Shown: piece after piece, positions 45,458 through 55,021 of the stretch
Position numbering within the stretch: position 1 is the stretch's first letter
Layout of the letters: every line of letters begins with the position of its first letter
NCBI GenBank assembly: GCA_031414955.1
Contig: JANOQV010000184.1
Location: 126,105-190,104, forward strand
From: Pedosphaera sp.
Lineage (GTDB): Bacteria; Verrucomicrobiota; Verrucomicrobiia; Limisphaerales; SIBH01
Direction: 5' to 3'
DNA length: 64,000 nucleotides
Notes under the pieces: model-generated
Databases searched by the model: none
What the model was told of the DNA's origin: nothing
Seen by the model: only the letters and a program-made list of their open reading frames with translations
Position numbers and translations under genes: made by a program

Positions 45458-45494
45458 TGTCCCAAACGGCTAATCTTTTGTCCCAAACGGCTAA
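45458..45494. promoter_or_regulatory. Perfect 16-bp direct repeat with 21-bp period; candidate regulator binding site
   Basis: TGTCCCAAACGGCTAA at 45458-45473 and 45479-45494. Confidence 0.6.
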
Positions 45495-45838
45495 CTCGGG
45501 CGGCTTGCCAGGGCAGCGAGCGCGGCGGGAGGATACGCGCATGGGTACTGTCACTCCAATGCAGTTCAGGCCAGCCGACGCCGGCGCACGCCATCCCGCC
45601 CTGATCCGACGTCATCGTTGCGGCACCCGGCAGGGCGCGCAGAGCTACCGGGATTCTCTGGGAACAGGCTCTGCGCGCCATTCGGTTTCAGAAGTGGCAG
45701 GTGATTCCACCGCCTGTCGAATTGTTCTGGAGGCAAAGGCGCGGGCGGAGAGTGAGTCCGGCGGCGGGCAAAGATTGGGGCTGGTCGGTTTCAATCAACA
45801 ACGAACAAGCAACCCAAACAGCCAGGGAGAAATGAGTT

Positions 45839-46156
45839 ATGGCCAAAAATAATCCAAAAGAATGGGCGGTGTACACATTCAGCCGCGCGGTCAAGACCAG
45901 CTACATCAGTGAAGACATCGAGTTCGATGATTTCAAAGCCGGAAATTGCGACCAGCTTAGTTTCCATGAAAACAAACTGGCCGGGGACGATCTGCGCACA
46001 GCGATTGATGTTTTCGCGTCCCAGTTGAGCGACTACATGTGGGCGCTGACCTACAAGGAAGCTGACGGGGCCAGGCCGGCGGTTCGGGATGCCGTGCGCG
46101 ACCCCGGCCTGTCGGTGCAGGGATTGCTTGATGTCGTGAAGGCGAACTACAAGTAA
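45839..46156 (+). CDS. Hypothetical protein, 105 aa
   Basis: GGGAG RBS, plausible codon usage, first gene of a tight run. Confidence 0.7.
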   Translation: MAKNNPKEWAVYTFSRAVKTSYISEDIEFDDFKAGNCDQLSFHENKLAGDDLRTAIDVFASQLSDYMWALTYKEADGARPAVRDAVRDPGLSVQGLLDVVKANYK

Positions 46157-46162
46157 GACGCC

Positions 46163-47368
46163 ATGAAACGCCTCATCCGATCCTTCGTCCTTTTGGCGTT
46201 GGCCGCCATCTGCCTTTCAACCTTGCAGGCCGCTGATGATCCCCCGGCACCAGTCATGGAGGAGAAAGTCGCTCCCAGTTTGGCCGGATTCTTGGGATTC
46301 AGCTCCAATCTCGTCATCAACCCTAAGGTTATCACGCCCACGGACGGCAATGGCACGACCTTCGGCCTCGATTATCATTACGGTCGGCGTGTCTTGACCT
46401 TGCTGCAAGCGGGCCGGACGGATGTCGATTTCTCTGTTCATTCCGAGGGCTTGGTGGTGGTGGAAGCTGAGAAATCCCCTCACCGCCTGCTCACGCACGG
46501 CCTCCGCTTGTCCTTGGTGGATTTGTGGCCGTCGGAGCGGTTGCGAACTCCGGCCAGCGATGCGCAGCGCGCTTTGTTCCGGTCGGTGAAGGATACTTAC
46601 GTCCAGCCGTGGGAGGAACTGGCCGGTGAACTCAAAAAGGCCAAGACCAGCGGGCAAAAGGATTCCATTCGAGCTGAAATGGATGATCTGCTGGGCAAGG
46701 CCCAGGCGGAATTGGCGGCCTACGGCACACTGGAAGGCGACACCGCCACGCGAAAACTCTACCTCTCCGGGCACGGCAACACTCCCCGCCAGGAGTGGGA
46801 GGAAGTGTTCTTGAAGCAATTGATCAAGCCGCGCTTTGTCTTTCTCTCTTTGGATCTCGATGGCAACGCTGAAACCGATCAGAACTTCCAGGATGTGCAA
46901 CTGGTCGGGCAGGCGCAGTTACGCGGCAAGGTCTTGATGGATTGGCTGGACGCACCGTTTGCGCTCCTCCGCGGCTCACGCCAGGCGGTCAGTCATCTCA
47001 ACCGCAACGGGGGACCGTATTTCTGGGGTGGAGTAGCCATCGTCGATCCCTCCAGTGCCGAGACGCGCCAAGCCCTGGTGGGGAATGACGATGCTTTTGG
47101 CCGGGCGCAATTCGGCGTGTCTTTTCGCACGGAAGTTTTTAGCGGCAGTTCGCCTTCCAAGTGCGTGGCCTTGGAACTTTCCTGGCGCTACTACCATGAG
47201 TTCAATGCGCCTGCGGCCATTCGGAACAACCAGCTCGATCACACTTCATACTTCAAGGCCACGCTTCTTTTTCCCGGCAACTATTTTCTCGAATACACGG
47301 ACGGCAAGCTCCCGTTGGATGTCGAAAGCTCCTCCACGGTGAGCGTGGGTTGGCGTTACAACTTCTAG
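46163..47368 (+). CDS. Hypothetical exported protein, possibly outer-membrane
   Basis: Signal peptide (MKRLIR...LQA), alternating beta-type C-terminus ending VGWRYNF. Confidence 0.7.
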   Translation: MKRLIRSFVLLALAAICLSTLQAADDPPAPVMEEKVAPSLAGFLGFSSNLVINPKVITPTDGNGTTFGLDYHYGRRVLTLLQAGRTDVDFSVHSEGLVVVEAEKSPHRLLTHGLRLSLVDLWPSERLRTPASDAQRALFRSVKDTYVQPWEELAGELKKAKTSGQKDSIRAEMDDLLGKAQAELAAYGTLEGDTATRKLYLSGHGNTPRQEWEEVFLKQLIKPRFVFLSLDLDGNAETDQNFQDVQLVGQAQLRGKVLMDWLDAPFALLRGSRQAVSHLNRNGGPYFWGGVAIVDPSSAETRQALVGNDDAFGRAQFGVSFRTEVFSGSSPSKCVALELSWRYYHEFNAPAAIRNNQLDHTSYFKATLLFPGNYFLEYTDGKLPLDVESSSTVSVGWRYNF

Positions 47369-47406
47369 TCCCAAGACAAACAAACCAATCACCCCAAGGT
47401 ATCCCT

Positions 47407-48183
47407 ATGGCCGATTCCAACGATGACAAAAAGAGCCGCAAGATCAATGGCCTCCTGCTGGTTCTGCTGACGGGGATTGTAGGCGTGGGCCTGCTGGTGC
47501 CCGCTCCGGGAAACTGGGTCATCATCCTCGTCCTGATGGTCGGCATCCTGTGGACTATTGGCAGTTGCGTCTCGTCCAGTCCGTTTGGTGTGCTTATCAC
47601 CCAGCGTAATCTCATCAGCCTGGCCCGTTTCCAGGCGGTCGCCTGGACGCTGCTCATCCTCTCGGCCTATGTGACCATTGTCCTGATGCGCGTGCGGGAC
47701 GGCGTGGAGAACCCGCTGCTCGTCGCCATCGACAAATATCTCTGGGCTTTGATGGGCATCAGCACGACTTCGCTGGTGGGCACTTCGCTGCTGGTCGGGG
47801 CCAAGCGGGGCAAGGAGCCGACCACACAGGCGATGGATACGGCGGCGGACAAACTCAAGGAGACCAAGGCCGACCTCGACCAGCACCGCCAAGGCACCCT
47901 CTACGCCAATCCCACCCCCACCGACGCGCGGTTGACGGACATGTTCCAGGGGGACGAACTGGGCGACACCGCTCATGTCGATCTCGGCAAGGTGCAGATG
48001 TTCTTCTTCACCGTCCTCGTGGTGCTGGTATATGGCGTGATGGTCTTCCACAAGATCGCCGCCACCCATCCCTTGGCACTGAACGAATTGCCGGTCCTGC
48101 ACGAAAGCATCATCGCCTTGCTGGGCATCAGCCATGCGGGTTACCTGACGAAAGCGGGCCTTTCCCAAACCCAGACTAAATGA
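47407..48183 (+). CDS. Hypothetical multi-TM protein with internal duplication
   Basis: SLARFQ...WT...ALMGIS and DLGKVQMFFFT...ALLGIS. Confidence 0.75.
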   Translation: MADSNDDKKSRKINGLLLVLLTGIVGVGLLVPAPGNWVIILVLMVGILWTIGSCVSSSPFGVLITQRNLISLARFQAVAWTLLILSAYVTIVLMRVRDGVENPLLVAIDKYLWALMGISTTSLVGTSLLVGAKRGKEPTTQAMDTAADKLKETKADLDQHRQGTLYANPTPTDARLTDMFQGDELGDTAHVDLGKVQMFFFTVLVVLVYGVMVFHKIAATHPLALNELPVLHESIIALLGISHAGYLTKAGLSQTQTK

Positions 48184-48342
48184 CCCCGTCTGCCAATATT
48201 GGCCGCCGGTTTGTGCCTCATGGCCCGGAGAAACTGCTCGACGGCAGGCCTCGAGCACGACGGTGGAGATCGAAATACGCTGCGTGAGCGAGGCGAACCC
48301 CGAGCCGTTTGGGGGACGAGGTGCTGAACTAAAGAGGTGATT

Positions 48343-48840
48343 ATGCCCGAAGAAAAAGAGAATGCCGGAGTCAGTGAGTTTCTAAACCCCAAATCCATGC
48401 TCACACCGGGCATCTGCGGGGCGGTCATCATGGTTGCCGCCAATGCGCTCGGCGCGGCCTTTGAGTTGGAAGGTCCAGCCCGGAGTCTGGTGTGTCTGGT
48501 GCTCAGCTTCCTGGCCGGGACGATGGTCTTCGCGGCCGGGGTGAAGAAGCTCGGGCCGAAGATTGCCTTCTACGTGCTCAACTCACTGATCATTTTCAGT
48601 TCGGCGGCCGGGGTGAATTTTTCCGGGCAGAAGGCTCTGGGCGGGGCGGTTCCGACCATGACGAACGTGACCAGCACAGTGGTGTTCGTGACGAATACGG
48701 TGTCGGTCATTCAGTTTGTGACCAACGGGCTGCCGGTCAAGCCCGTGGCCACGCCCGTTTTCAAACCCACGACCAACCAATACTCGACCGTGGTCAAGGC
48801 GGTCAAAGCGCCTCCGAGATTCATTCAGTCCTGGAAATGA
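48343..48840 (+). CDS. Hypothetical 3-TM protein
   Basis: GAGGT RBS; FLNPKSMLTPG, YVLNSLIIFS. Confidence 0.7.
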   Translation: MPEEKENAGVSEFLNPKSMLTPGICGAVIMVAANALGAAFELEGPARSLVCLVLSFLAGTMVFAAGVKKLGPKIAFYVLNSLIIFSSAAGVNFSGQKALGGAVPTMTNVTSTVVFVTNTVSVIQFVTNGLPVKPVATPVFKPTTNQYSTVVKAVKAPPRFIQSWK

Positions 48841-48896
48841 ATGCCCTGTTCCTCAACCAGCACAGCCAATCACAAAACATTCAACCCCTCTGAATT

Positions 48897-50231
48897 ATGA
48901 GTTACGTCCCCAGTTACAATCCCAGCTTCGGCACCCTCGGCATTGAAACCTCCCGGCTCTGGCCGGAGAAAGACATCATCGCCGCCAAGGGCAAGACCAA
49001 GGACACGCTCGGGCTGGCCTTGTCTGGTGGCGGCTATCGCTCGGCGATTTTTTGTTACGGTATCCTGCGCGGGTTGCAAGACATCGGTGTGTTGAGCAAA
49101 ATCGATTACCTCTCGGCGGTCTCGGGCGGATCGTGGATCGCCACGCCCTTCGCCATGGCCGAGGATTTGAAATGGTTTTTCCAGACGGACCCGGAATCGG
49201 CCAACGTGATGGAGGAGGGCTTCGAGTCCCTGCTGGTCAACCCGCTGCGGGTGGCGGAGGAGGCGGCTTTGACCCGGTTCGAGGACGGCGCGGCGAACAA
49301 CAATTACGTGAGCGACCTCTATGGGCGACTGCTGGCGAAGACTTTCCTGCGCGAGCACGGCGATCATTCGCGCTGGAAGCCGCTCGGCAATTCCGAACTC
49401 ATCCTCAATGACGACCGCCCCTACCTCATCGCCAATGGCACCATGAATTATCGCAAGCCGGGCAGTTTCGACGTCACGCAGGAGTGCTTCGAGATGACCA
49501 AGGACTATTGCGGCACGCGCTCGTTGGGCTACGTGGCCCCGTTGGATCTGCCGGCGGATGACAAGGCCATCCGAATCCGCGACAGCATCGCTATCTCGGG
49601 CGCGGCGGTGGCGTTTCATGTGCCGGGCCTGGGTTCGGAGGTGGCCGGCATCGGCTTGAGTCGCGAGATCGTAAATTATGTCGCCGACGAACCCGATGCG
49701 CCGTCGTCGGGAATGCCCGAGGCCGAGCGGCTCGATGTGGCGGACGGCGGGCATTACAACAACCTGGGCGTGGAGTCGCTGGTCAATCGCGGTTGCGGCT
49801 ACATCATTGTGGTCGATGCCGAGCACGACGCGGAGAACAAATCGCGCACGCGCTCCAACCAGTCCTATCACGGGCTGAAGACCTTGCTACAGCGCCACCA
49901 CATCAAACAGCCGGACATCGACGTCGATGCGCTGGACCGGGCCAACGAAGCGGTGCATGTCATCTCGGGCAACGCGAAGGTGCCGGACATCCTCTACGTG
50001 AAGCTCAAGTCCCTGAGCGCATACGACAAGGCGGCGGCGAAGCAGCGCTACAACAAGCCGGGGTTCTTCAAGAGCATCTTCGGGGGCGGAGCCTTCGCCT
50101 TCGACCCGCAGTTCAGTACGGCCAAACTCGACTACAGTTTTGCCGAGCACCGAAACCTCACGGAACTGAGTGTCTTCATGGTCAAGGAGAATGCTGCGGT
50201 CTTCCGGCAGTTTGCTGACCGGGCGCGGTAG
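48897..50231 (+). CDS. Patatin/cPLA2-like phospholipase
   Basis: Oxyanion LALSGGGYRS, nucleophile YLSAVSGGSW, catalytic DGG(HYNNLG), IVVDA. Confidence 0.88.
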   Translation: MSYVPSYNPSFGTLGIETSRLWPEKDIIAAKGKTKDTLGLALSGGGYRSAIFCYGILRGLQDIGVLSKIDYLSAVSGGSWIATPFAMAEDLKWFFQTDPESANVMEEGFESLLVNPLRVAEEAALTRFEDGAANNNYVSDLYGRLLAKTFLREHGDHSRWKPLGNSELILNDDRPYLIANGTMNYRKPGSFDVTQECFEMTKDYCGTRSLGYVAPLDLPADDKAIRIRDSIAISGAAVAFHVPGLGSEVAGIGLSREIVNYVADEPDAPSSGMPEAERLDVADGGHYNNLGVESLVNRGCGYIIVVDAEHDAENKSRTRSNQSYHGLKTLLQRHHIKQPDIDVDALDRANEAVHVISGNAKVPDILYVKLKSLSAYDKAAAKQRYNKPGFFKSIFGGGAFAFDPQFSTAKLDYSFAEHRNLTELSVFMVKENAAVFRQFADRAR

Positions 50232-50249
50232 TCCTGCGCGTGGCGATGG

Positions 50250-50597
50250 CTACTTCCTGTCGCCGTTGGTTGAGCCGGGCTTGACGGGCAAAGGGCCGTG
50301 CTGGGGCCACACCAGGGCCGACACCAGGGTCGATTGAGCCTTCGCCGGCTGGTTGGGGCAGAGGAACTTGCCGTTTTGCTTGAGGATGGCGCGCATCTTC
50401 TCTTTGACGCTGATGTTGCCGAACAGCGCGTTAAGGGTTCTGCAGCAAGCTACCAGGTTGTCTGTGTGATCGGAGCCACCGGCCGACGAGGGAATCAGAT
50501 GTTCGACGCTCGCCTCACTTTTCGAAATCGCGTTGTTGCAAAAAAAGCAGCGCTGCCCCTGAAGGAACATCATGCGCTGGACCGGTGTGGTGGACAT
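50250..50597 (-). CDS. HNH endonuclease
   Basis: CFFC, EHLIP.S.GG, NLVACC..LN...GN. Confidence 0.85.
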   Translation of the reverse strand: MSTTPVQRMMFLQGQRCFFCNNAISKSEASVEHLIPSSAGGSDHTDNLVACCRTLNALFGNISVKEKMRAILKQNGKFLCPNQPAKAQSTLVSALVWPQHGPLPVKPGSTNGDRK

Positions 50598-50640
50598 AAC
50601 AAGATTCTGATCGTGATGGTTTCCCGATGCGCCGCCCGTC

Positions 50641-51345
50641 CTAGCGTGATCGTGTCACCACGCCATCGATGGTAATGACCTGGCCTTCCGCCAGAATCAC
50701 CTGCTCTCCGTTGGCCTTGATGACCGTGCCGTCGCTCAACACTTTGGTGCCGTCATTCATCATGAGGCTGCGGCCTGGTTCGACCGTGACGGTGCTGCCA
50801 TCTTTCTGCACGTTCACGCGCCCGTTTTGCTTGGTGATGGTGTCACGGGCGGTGACCGCGCCGCCTTCGAGTTTGAAAATCTCGCCGTCGAGCAACACGC
50901 GAGATGAGCCACTGAGGAGTGTGATTTTACCTTCGGGCGACACGGTGGTGCCGTCGGCAAGCTTTAAGGTTTCGCGTGGTTCGCTGGCTTGGCCATCCTT
51001 GAGCACTGTGACGCGTCCGCGCTTCCGCGACACATGATCGATGACCGGCATGATCGTGCCGTCGGCTTTGCTTAACATGCCGTCCGCCCCGAGTGAGTCG
51101 CCTTCTTGCAGCGCGCGGGGAGTGCCGCCCTGGACGGTGAACGCGCCGTTGGTGCGGATCACGATTTGGAAGGGCAGGGTGACTTCGTCCGGCGCCATTA
51201 ATGTTCGATCCCCGGGTGAGATGAGGACTTTGCCATTCTTAAACTGGACTTTCTCGGCAGGTGCGGACGGGGCAGGGGCCTGGCCCAAGCAGGCGGTGGG
51301 CACGGCGAACCAAAGACAAAGGATTGTGATCTTCATGGCCATCAT
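50641..51345 (-). CDS. Exported beta-repeat protein (DUF6799-like)
   Basis: Signal peptide; repeated K.G.V / DGT.V..DG / L.EG units. Confidence 0.65.
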   Translation of the reverse strand: MMAMKITILCLWFAVPTACLGQAPAPSAPAEKVQFKNGKVLISPGDRTLMAPDEVTLPFQIVIRTNGAFTVQGGTPRALQEGDSLGADGMLSKADGTIMPVIDHVSRKRGRVTVLKDGQASEPRETLKLADGTTVSPEGKITLLSGSSRVLLDGEIFKLEGGAVTARDTITKQNGRVNVQKDGSTVTVEPGRSLMMNDGTKVLSDGTVIKANGEQVILAEGQVITIDGVVTRSR

Positions 51346-51532
51346 TCTGTTTCTTGCCGGAGCAAAGCCAGTGATCCATCGGGCCGCAATGCGCGCTCCA
51401 ATGCGCGAACGCTGACGCCCATGCGACCCACCGGGAGACTCCGTGCTCCCGTTCCATCGACAGTCTTGAAGCTCAACTTCAGTCGGGAATAAAGGCTAGT
51501 TCAGTGTTCCACCCGGTGCAGCCGGTGGGCTT

Positions 51533-51564
51533 GAAAACAAAAAGCCCCGCCGGAGCGGGGCTTT
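51533..51564 (-). terminator. Rho-independent terminator after rplS
   Basis: AAAGCCCCGC-CGGA-GCGGGGCTTT hairpin followed by a U-rich tract on the minus strand. Confidence 0.85.
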
Positions 51565-51585
51565 ACTGAAATTCGAGGGAGCAGG

Positions 51586-51960
51586 TTATTTCGCTACAGC
51601 GGTGACGGCCTTTTTCTTTTCCTTCACCAGCGTGGCCCCCTTGCCGATGCGCTTGCGCAGATAGGTGAGTTTGGCCCGGCGGACCTCGCCGTGGCGTTCC
51701 ACTTCGATCTTTTCCACGCGCGGAGAATGAATGGGAAAGATGCGCTCGACGCCTTCGCCATAGCTGATGCGGCGGACCGTGAACATTTCGTTCAGCCCGT
51801 GGCCGCGGCGCCCGATGACCACGCCGGCAAAAATCTGGATGCGCTCCTTGTCGCCTTCCACAACCTTCGTGTGGACACGAACGCTGTCACCCACGTTGAA
51901 CTTCAACGCCTCCTTGCGGTACTGTTCCTTCTCAATTTTGTCCAAAATTGCCTGATTCAT
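51586..51960 (-). CDS. rplS: 50S ribosomal protein L19
   Basis: [46 protein letters not shown]. Confidence 0.97.
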   Translation of the reverse strand: MNQAILDKIEKEQYRKEALKFNVGDSVRVHTKVVEGDKERIQIFAGVVIGRRGHGLNEMFTVRRISYGEGVERIFPIHSPRVEKIEVERHGEVRRAKLTYLRKRIGKGATLVKEKKKAVTAVAK

Positions 51961-52012
51961 AAATTGTTTCTTTCCCGGCCCTTCCCGGCCCTTCCCGGCC
52001 TTTACTTTTATC

Positions 52013-52678
52013 TCACTGCAACAAATCTGGTCTGCGTTCCGCCGTTCTCTGTTTCGCCTGGTCACGACGCCATTTCTCGATCTCCGCATGGTTCCCGGAC
52101 ATCAGCACTTCGGGCACCTTCATTCCGCGAAATTCCGCCGGACGCGTGTAGTGCGGATACTCCAGCAACCCGTGGCTGAACGACTCATCCGTCGCGCTCT
52201 CGTCGTCGCCGAGCACGCCGGGGATCAATCGTGTCACCGCGTCAATCACCACCATCGCGGGCAGCCCGCCGTTGGTCAGCACGTAGTCCCCAATCGAAAG
52301 CTCGTCGTGGATCAGCGTCTTAATCCGCTCGTCGAATCCCTCGTAACTGCCGCATAGAAACAGCAAGTGTTCCGACTGCGCCAATTCGCGTGCGATGGCT
52401 TGGGTGAAGGGGCGTCCCGTCGGAGCCATCATCACCACGCGGGTTTTTTCGCCCGCCACCGCTTCCACCGCTTCAAAGATCGGTTCTGGTTTCAGAACCA
52501 TGCCGGGACCGCCGCCGAATGGACGGTCATCGACCGTCTTGTGCCGGTCATGCGTCCAGTCCCGCAGATTCCGAATCTGCAAATTCAACAATCCCGATTT
52601 CCTGGCCCGGGCCACCATGCTCACATCCAACGGCCCCGTGAACATCTCGGGGAACAGCGTGAGCACGTCGATTCTCAT
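52013..52678 (-). CDS. trmD: tRNA (guanine37-N1)-methyltransferase
   Basis: [53 protein letters not shown]. Confidence 0.97.
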   Translation of the reverse strand: MRIDVLTLFPEMFTGPLDVSMVARARKSGLLNLQIRNLRDWTHDRHKTVDDRPFGGGPGMVLKPEPIFEAVEAVAGEKTRVVMMAPTGRPFTQAIARELAQSEHLLFLCGSYEGFDERIKTLIHDELSIGDYVLTNGGLPAMVVIDAVTRLIPGVLGDDESATDESFSHGLLEYPHYTRPAEFRGMKVPEVLMSGNHAEIEKWRRDQAKQRTAERRPDLLQ

Positions 52679-52696
52679 GCCCCGCAGCCGGACTGG

Positions 52697-52987
52697 CTAA
52701 CTGCCGCCCGCCGGCCCCGCCGGAGCGGCACTCGGGGGAGCCGAAGCGGGCGGATGAGAATCCACCACTTCCAGCGCGCAGCGCAAACCCTTGCGCGCGC
52801 TGCCAGCCTGCAACAGCGATCGGATGGCGTTGATGGTCACGCCCTGCTTGCCGATGATGCGCCCCATATCCTCGTTGCAGACGCGCACTTCGAAGATGGT
52901 CATGCCATTGCGCTCCACCGGGGTGATGGCGACCGCATCGGGGTTGGCCACGAGGCTCTTGACCACGTATTCGAGAAAAGCCTGCAT
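52697..52987 (-). CDS. KH domain RNA-binding protein (KhpA/YlqC-like)
   Basis: DMGRIIGKQG.TINAIR. Confidence 0.92.
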   Translation of the reverse strand: MQAFLEYVVKSLVANPDAVAITPVERNGMTIFEVRVCNEDMGRIIGKQGVTINAIRSLLQAGSARKGLRCALEVVDSHPPASAPPSAAPAGPAGGS

Positions 52988-52993
52988 GAGCGC

Positions 52994-53251
52994 TTAGGCG
53001 CTGGGGGTTGCGGCGCGCTTGGCCTTCTTGATGAAGCTGCGCACCGTGTCACTGGGTTGGGCACCCTGGCTCAACCAGTAGTCGGCCCGATCTACCTTCA
53101 GGCTCACGTTGTCGGAAGCCTTGAGCGGTTGATAGGTGCCGATTTCCTCGATGAACTTGCCATCACGCGGACTGCGGCTGTCCGCCACGACAATGCGATA
53201 AACCGGGGTGTTTGTCGTCCCGATCCGTTTCATGCGAATTCGAACTGCCAT
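52994..53251 (-). CDS. rpsP: 30S ribosomal protein S16
   Basis: [42 protein letters not shown]. Confidence 0.98.
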   Translation of the reverse strand: MAVRIRMKRIGTTNTPVYRIVVADSRSPRDGKFIEEIGTYQPLKASDNVSLKVDRADYWLSQGAQPSDTVRSFIKKAKRAATPSA

Positions 53252-53317
53252 AAATTTTCTGTGTTTATGCGGCTGATTTTCGCCGCTAATCTTCTGGTTT
53301 CCCGAAAAAGAGTCGCG

Positions 53318-53346
53318 AAATTAGTCAGCTCACAAGGGCAATGCAA
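53318..53346 (-). promoter_or_regulatory. Putative sigma70 promoter of the rpsP operon
   Basis: Minus strand TTGCAT-N17-TAATTT. Confidence 0.65.
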
Positions 53347-53735
53347 GCACCCATTTTTTGAAACTGGTTGTCCAAATCCGGCCTGCCGCGAGGGCGCGAG
53401 TCTTCGGACGCAGCTTGAACACCTGATTTTTCCAGGCCCCTCGCCCCCACCCGGGTTACTGAATGATTGGCCGCCTCTTTTGTCTCCTTCGAGCTTTGCG
53501 CCTCAAGCCGAGTAAGTCTCAAAATCAAAGTTCGAGCTTTGAACCATTGCCCCGACGCTACCCCAGGGGCGTGCTGCTCCGCTTCGTGGAGAGAGTGAAT
53601 CGCGCTTTGATTGTTCCTTCCCAAGGATGGCTCTCGGTTCAGCCCCAGGCGGACTGGCTTCCTGCCCCGTGGGGAGAGAACCCAACGCCCGAGACAGGCT
53701 CTTTCGGTTCGGCTGTCCTGCCGTCATGGTGCATC

Positions 53736-55019
53736 TCAGCCCCACAGACCCTGGAGCTTGTCCTTGTCCGTGAGGCCGAGAGGAAACTTCTTGCTCAGTG
53801 AATGATCCGCGATGCCGGCGAATTGCCGCAGGGCCTCGTGGATGTGCTCGGGACGCACGCGGATTCCTTTGTCCTTGTCGGTGGCGAGGCTCTGCGGATT
53901 GAGCGGAACGTGGAATTGCTTTTCGTCCGTCGCGCCGATGACGCGGTTGCCCTGGATGCCGGGGCCGAGAAACATAATGGAGCCGATGGACCAGTGGTCC
54001 TTGCCGTTGCCCTTGTTGTAAGTCGGCGTGCGGCCCATCTCGCTTTGGATGACCACGACGAGCTTCTCCCGAATCTTCAGCGCCTCGGCGCGGCGGATGA
54101 GATAGGCGATGCCGGCGAGGAACTCGGGAATGAGTTTCATCTGGTCGGTGTCGTTGTTCTGGTGGCTGTCGAACTGGCCGATGCTGAGGTTCGCGGAGAC
54201 GCACACGCCGGCCTTGAACGAGGCGAGGGCGATCTCGGCCTGCTGCGCGAGGCGCTCCTTCGGAACGTCCTTGGGGATGTGCGGCGTGATGCGCTGCATC
54301 GTCCTCGAGTTCGCCTGTGCCGCGTAGAGCATGGACTCGGCACGCTCCTGACGCGGGAGCAGTGGCTGAACGGCACGCGCTTCGCGCTGATCGCGCAACG
54401 CCTGCTCGATGCGGGCGAGGGCGAAATCGTCGTGATAGGGCGAGCGCACATTCCCGTCGATGGCGTCGGCGTTGGCGATTTTCTGCAACGATGGCAGGTA
54501 GGGAACGCGCGACATGGCCACGACGTTGCCGGTTGCCGAGTAATTCCCAAAAGTCAGGAACGAGAGCGGGCAGGTTGGTCCTTTGCACGCGGCGACGAGG
54601 GCGGCGAAAGTCGGGTAAGCCATGCTGTCGAGCTTGCCGGTGGCCATGTAGCGCGCGCCGGGAGAATGGTTGTTCACCGAATAGTCGAGGCCGTTGAGCG
54701 TGAGCAGTTCGTCTCCGAATTCGCCGAAGAATTCCTCGTTGCTCATCCCGCCGGTCTTGTGCTTGTCCGTCGGCGCGAACTTGTGCCGGCCCTTCGTCAG
54801 GATGTCGCCTTCCTTGTAGAGCCGGTTGATTTCGCCGACGCCCTTGGGGTCCATGAGGTAGGTCGTGTCCCAGCCGCCCGAGGCATTGAACACGACGTAG
54901 TAAGGCCCGTCGTAAGGCGGTTCTTCCTTCACTGCCGCGCGCAGCAACGAGGCGAGTCCGCCGGGGAAGGCGACGCCGAGACCGACCAGGCCGCAGAGTT
55001 TTAGGAAGTCACGTCTCAT
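53736..55019 (-). CDS. DUF1501 domain protein (Tat signal)
   Basis: MRRDFLK, GGWD, FDSH, SEMGRTP..N...GKDHW, G.GI.G..VIGATD. Confidence 0.88.
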   Translation of the reverse strand: MRRDFLKLCGLVGLGVAFPGGLASLLRAAVKEEPPYDGPYYVVFNASGGWDTTYLMDPKGVGEINRLYKEGDILTKGRHKFAPTDKHKTGGMSNEEFFGEFGDELLTLNGLDYSVNNHSPGARYMATGKLDSMAYPTFAALVAACKGPTCPLSFLTFGNYSATGNVVAMSRVPYLPSLQKIANADAIDGNVRSPYHDDFALARIEQALRDQREARAVQPLLPRQERAESMLYAAQANSRTMQRITPHIPKDVPKERLAQQAEIALASFKAGVCVSANLSIGQFDSHQNNDTDQMKLIPEFLAGIAYLIRRAEALKIREKLVVVIQSEMGRTPTYNKGNGKDHWSIGSIMFLGPGIQGNRVIGATDEKQFHVPLNPQSLATDKDKGIRVRPEHIHEALRQFAGIADHSLSKKFPLGLTDKDKLQGLWG

Positions 55020-55021
55020 GG

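Noticed and set aside
45291..45852. Short ORFs between the porin and the patatin operon
   Set aside because: They have low-complexity Arg/Gly/Pro composition and no motifs; the region is more likely regulatory.
53350..53735. Long intergenic region upstream of rpsP as SRP RNA or other ncRNA
   Set aside because: I could not find the SRP helix-8 motif or any other recognisable RNA motif; an Rfam scan would be needed.
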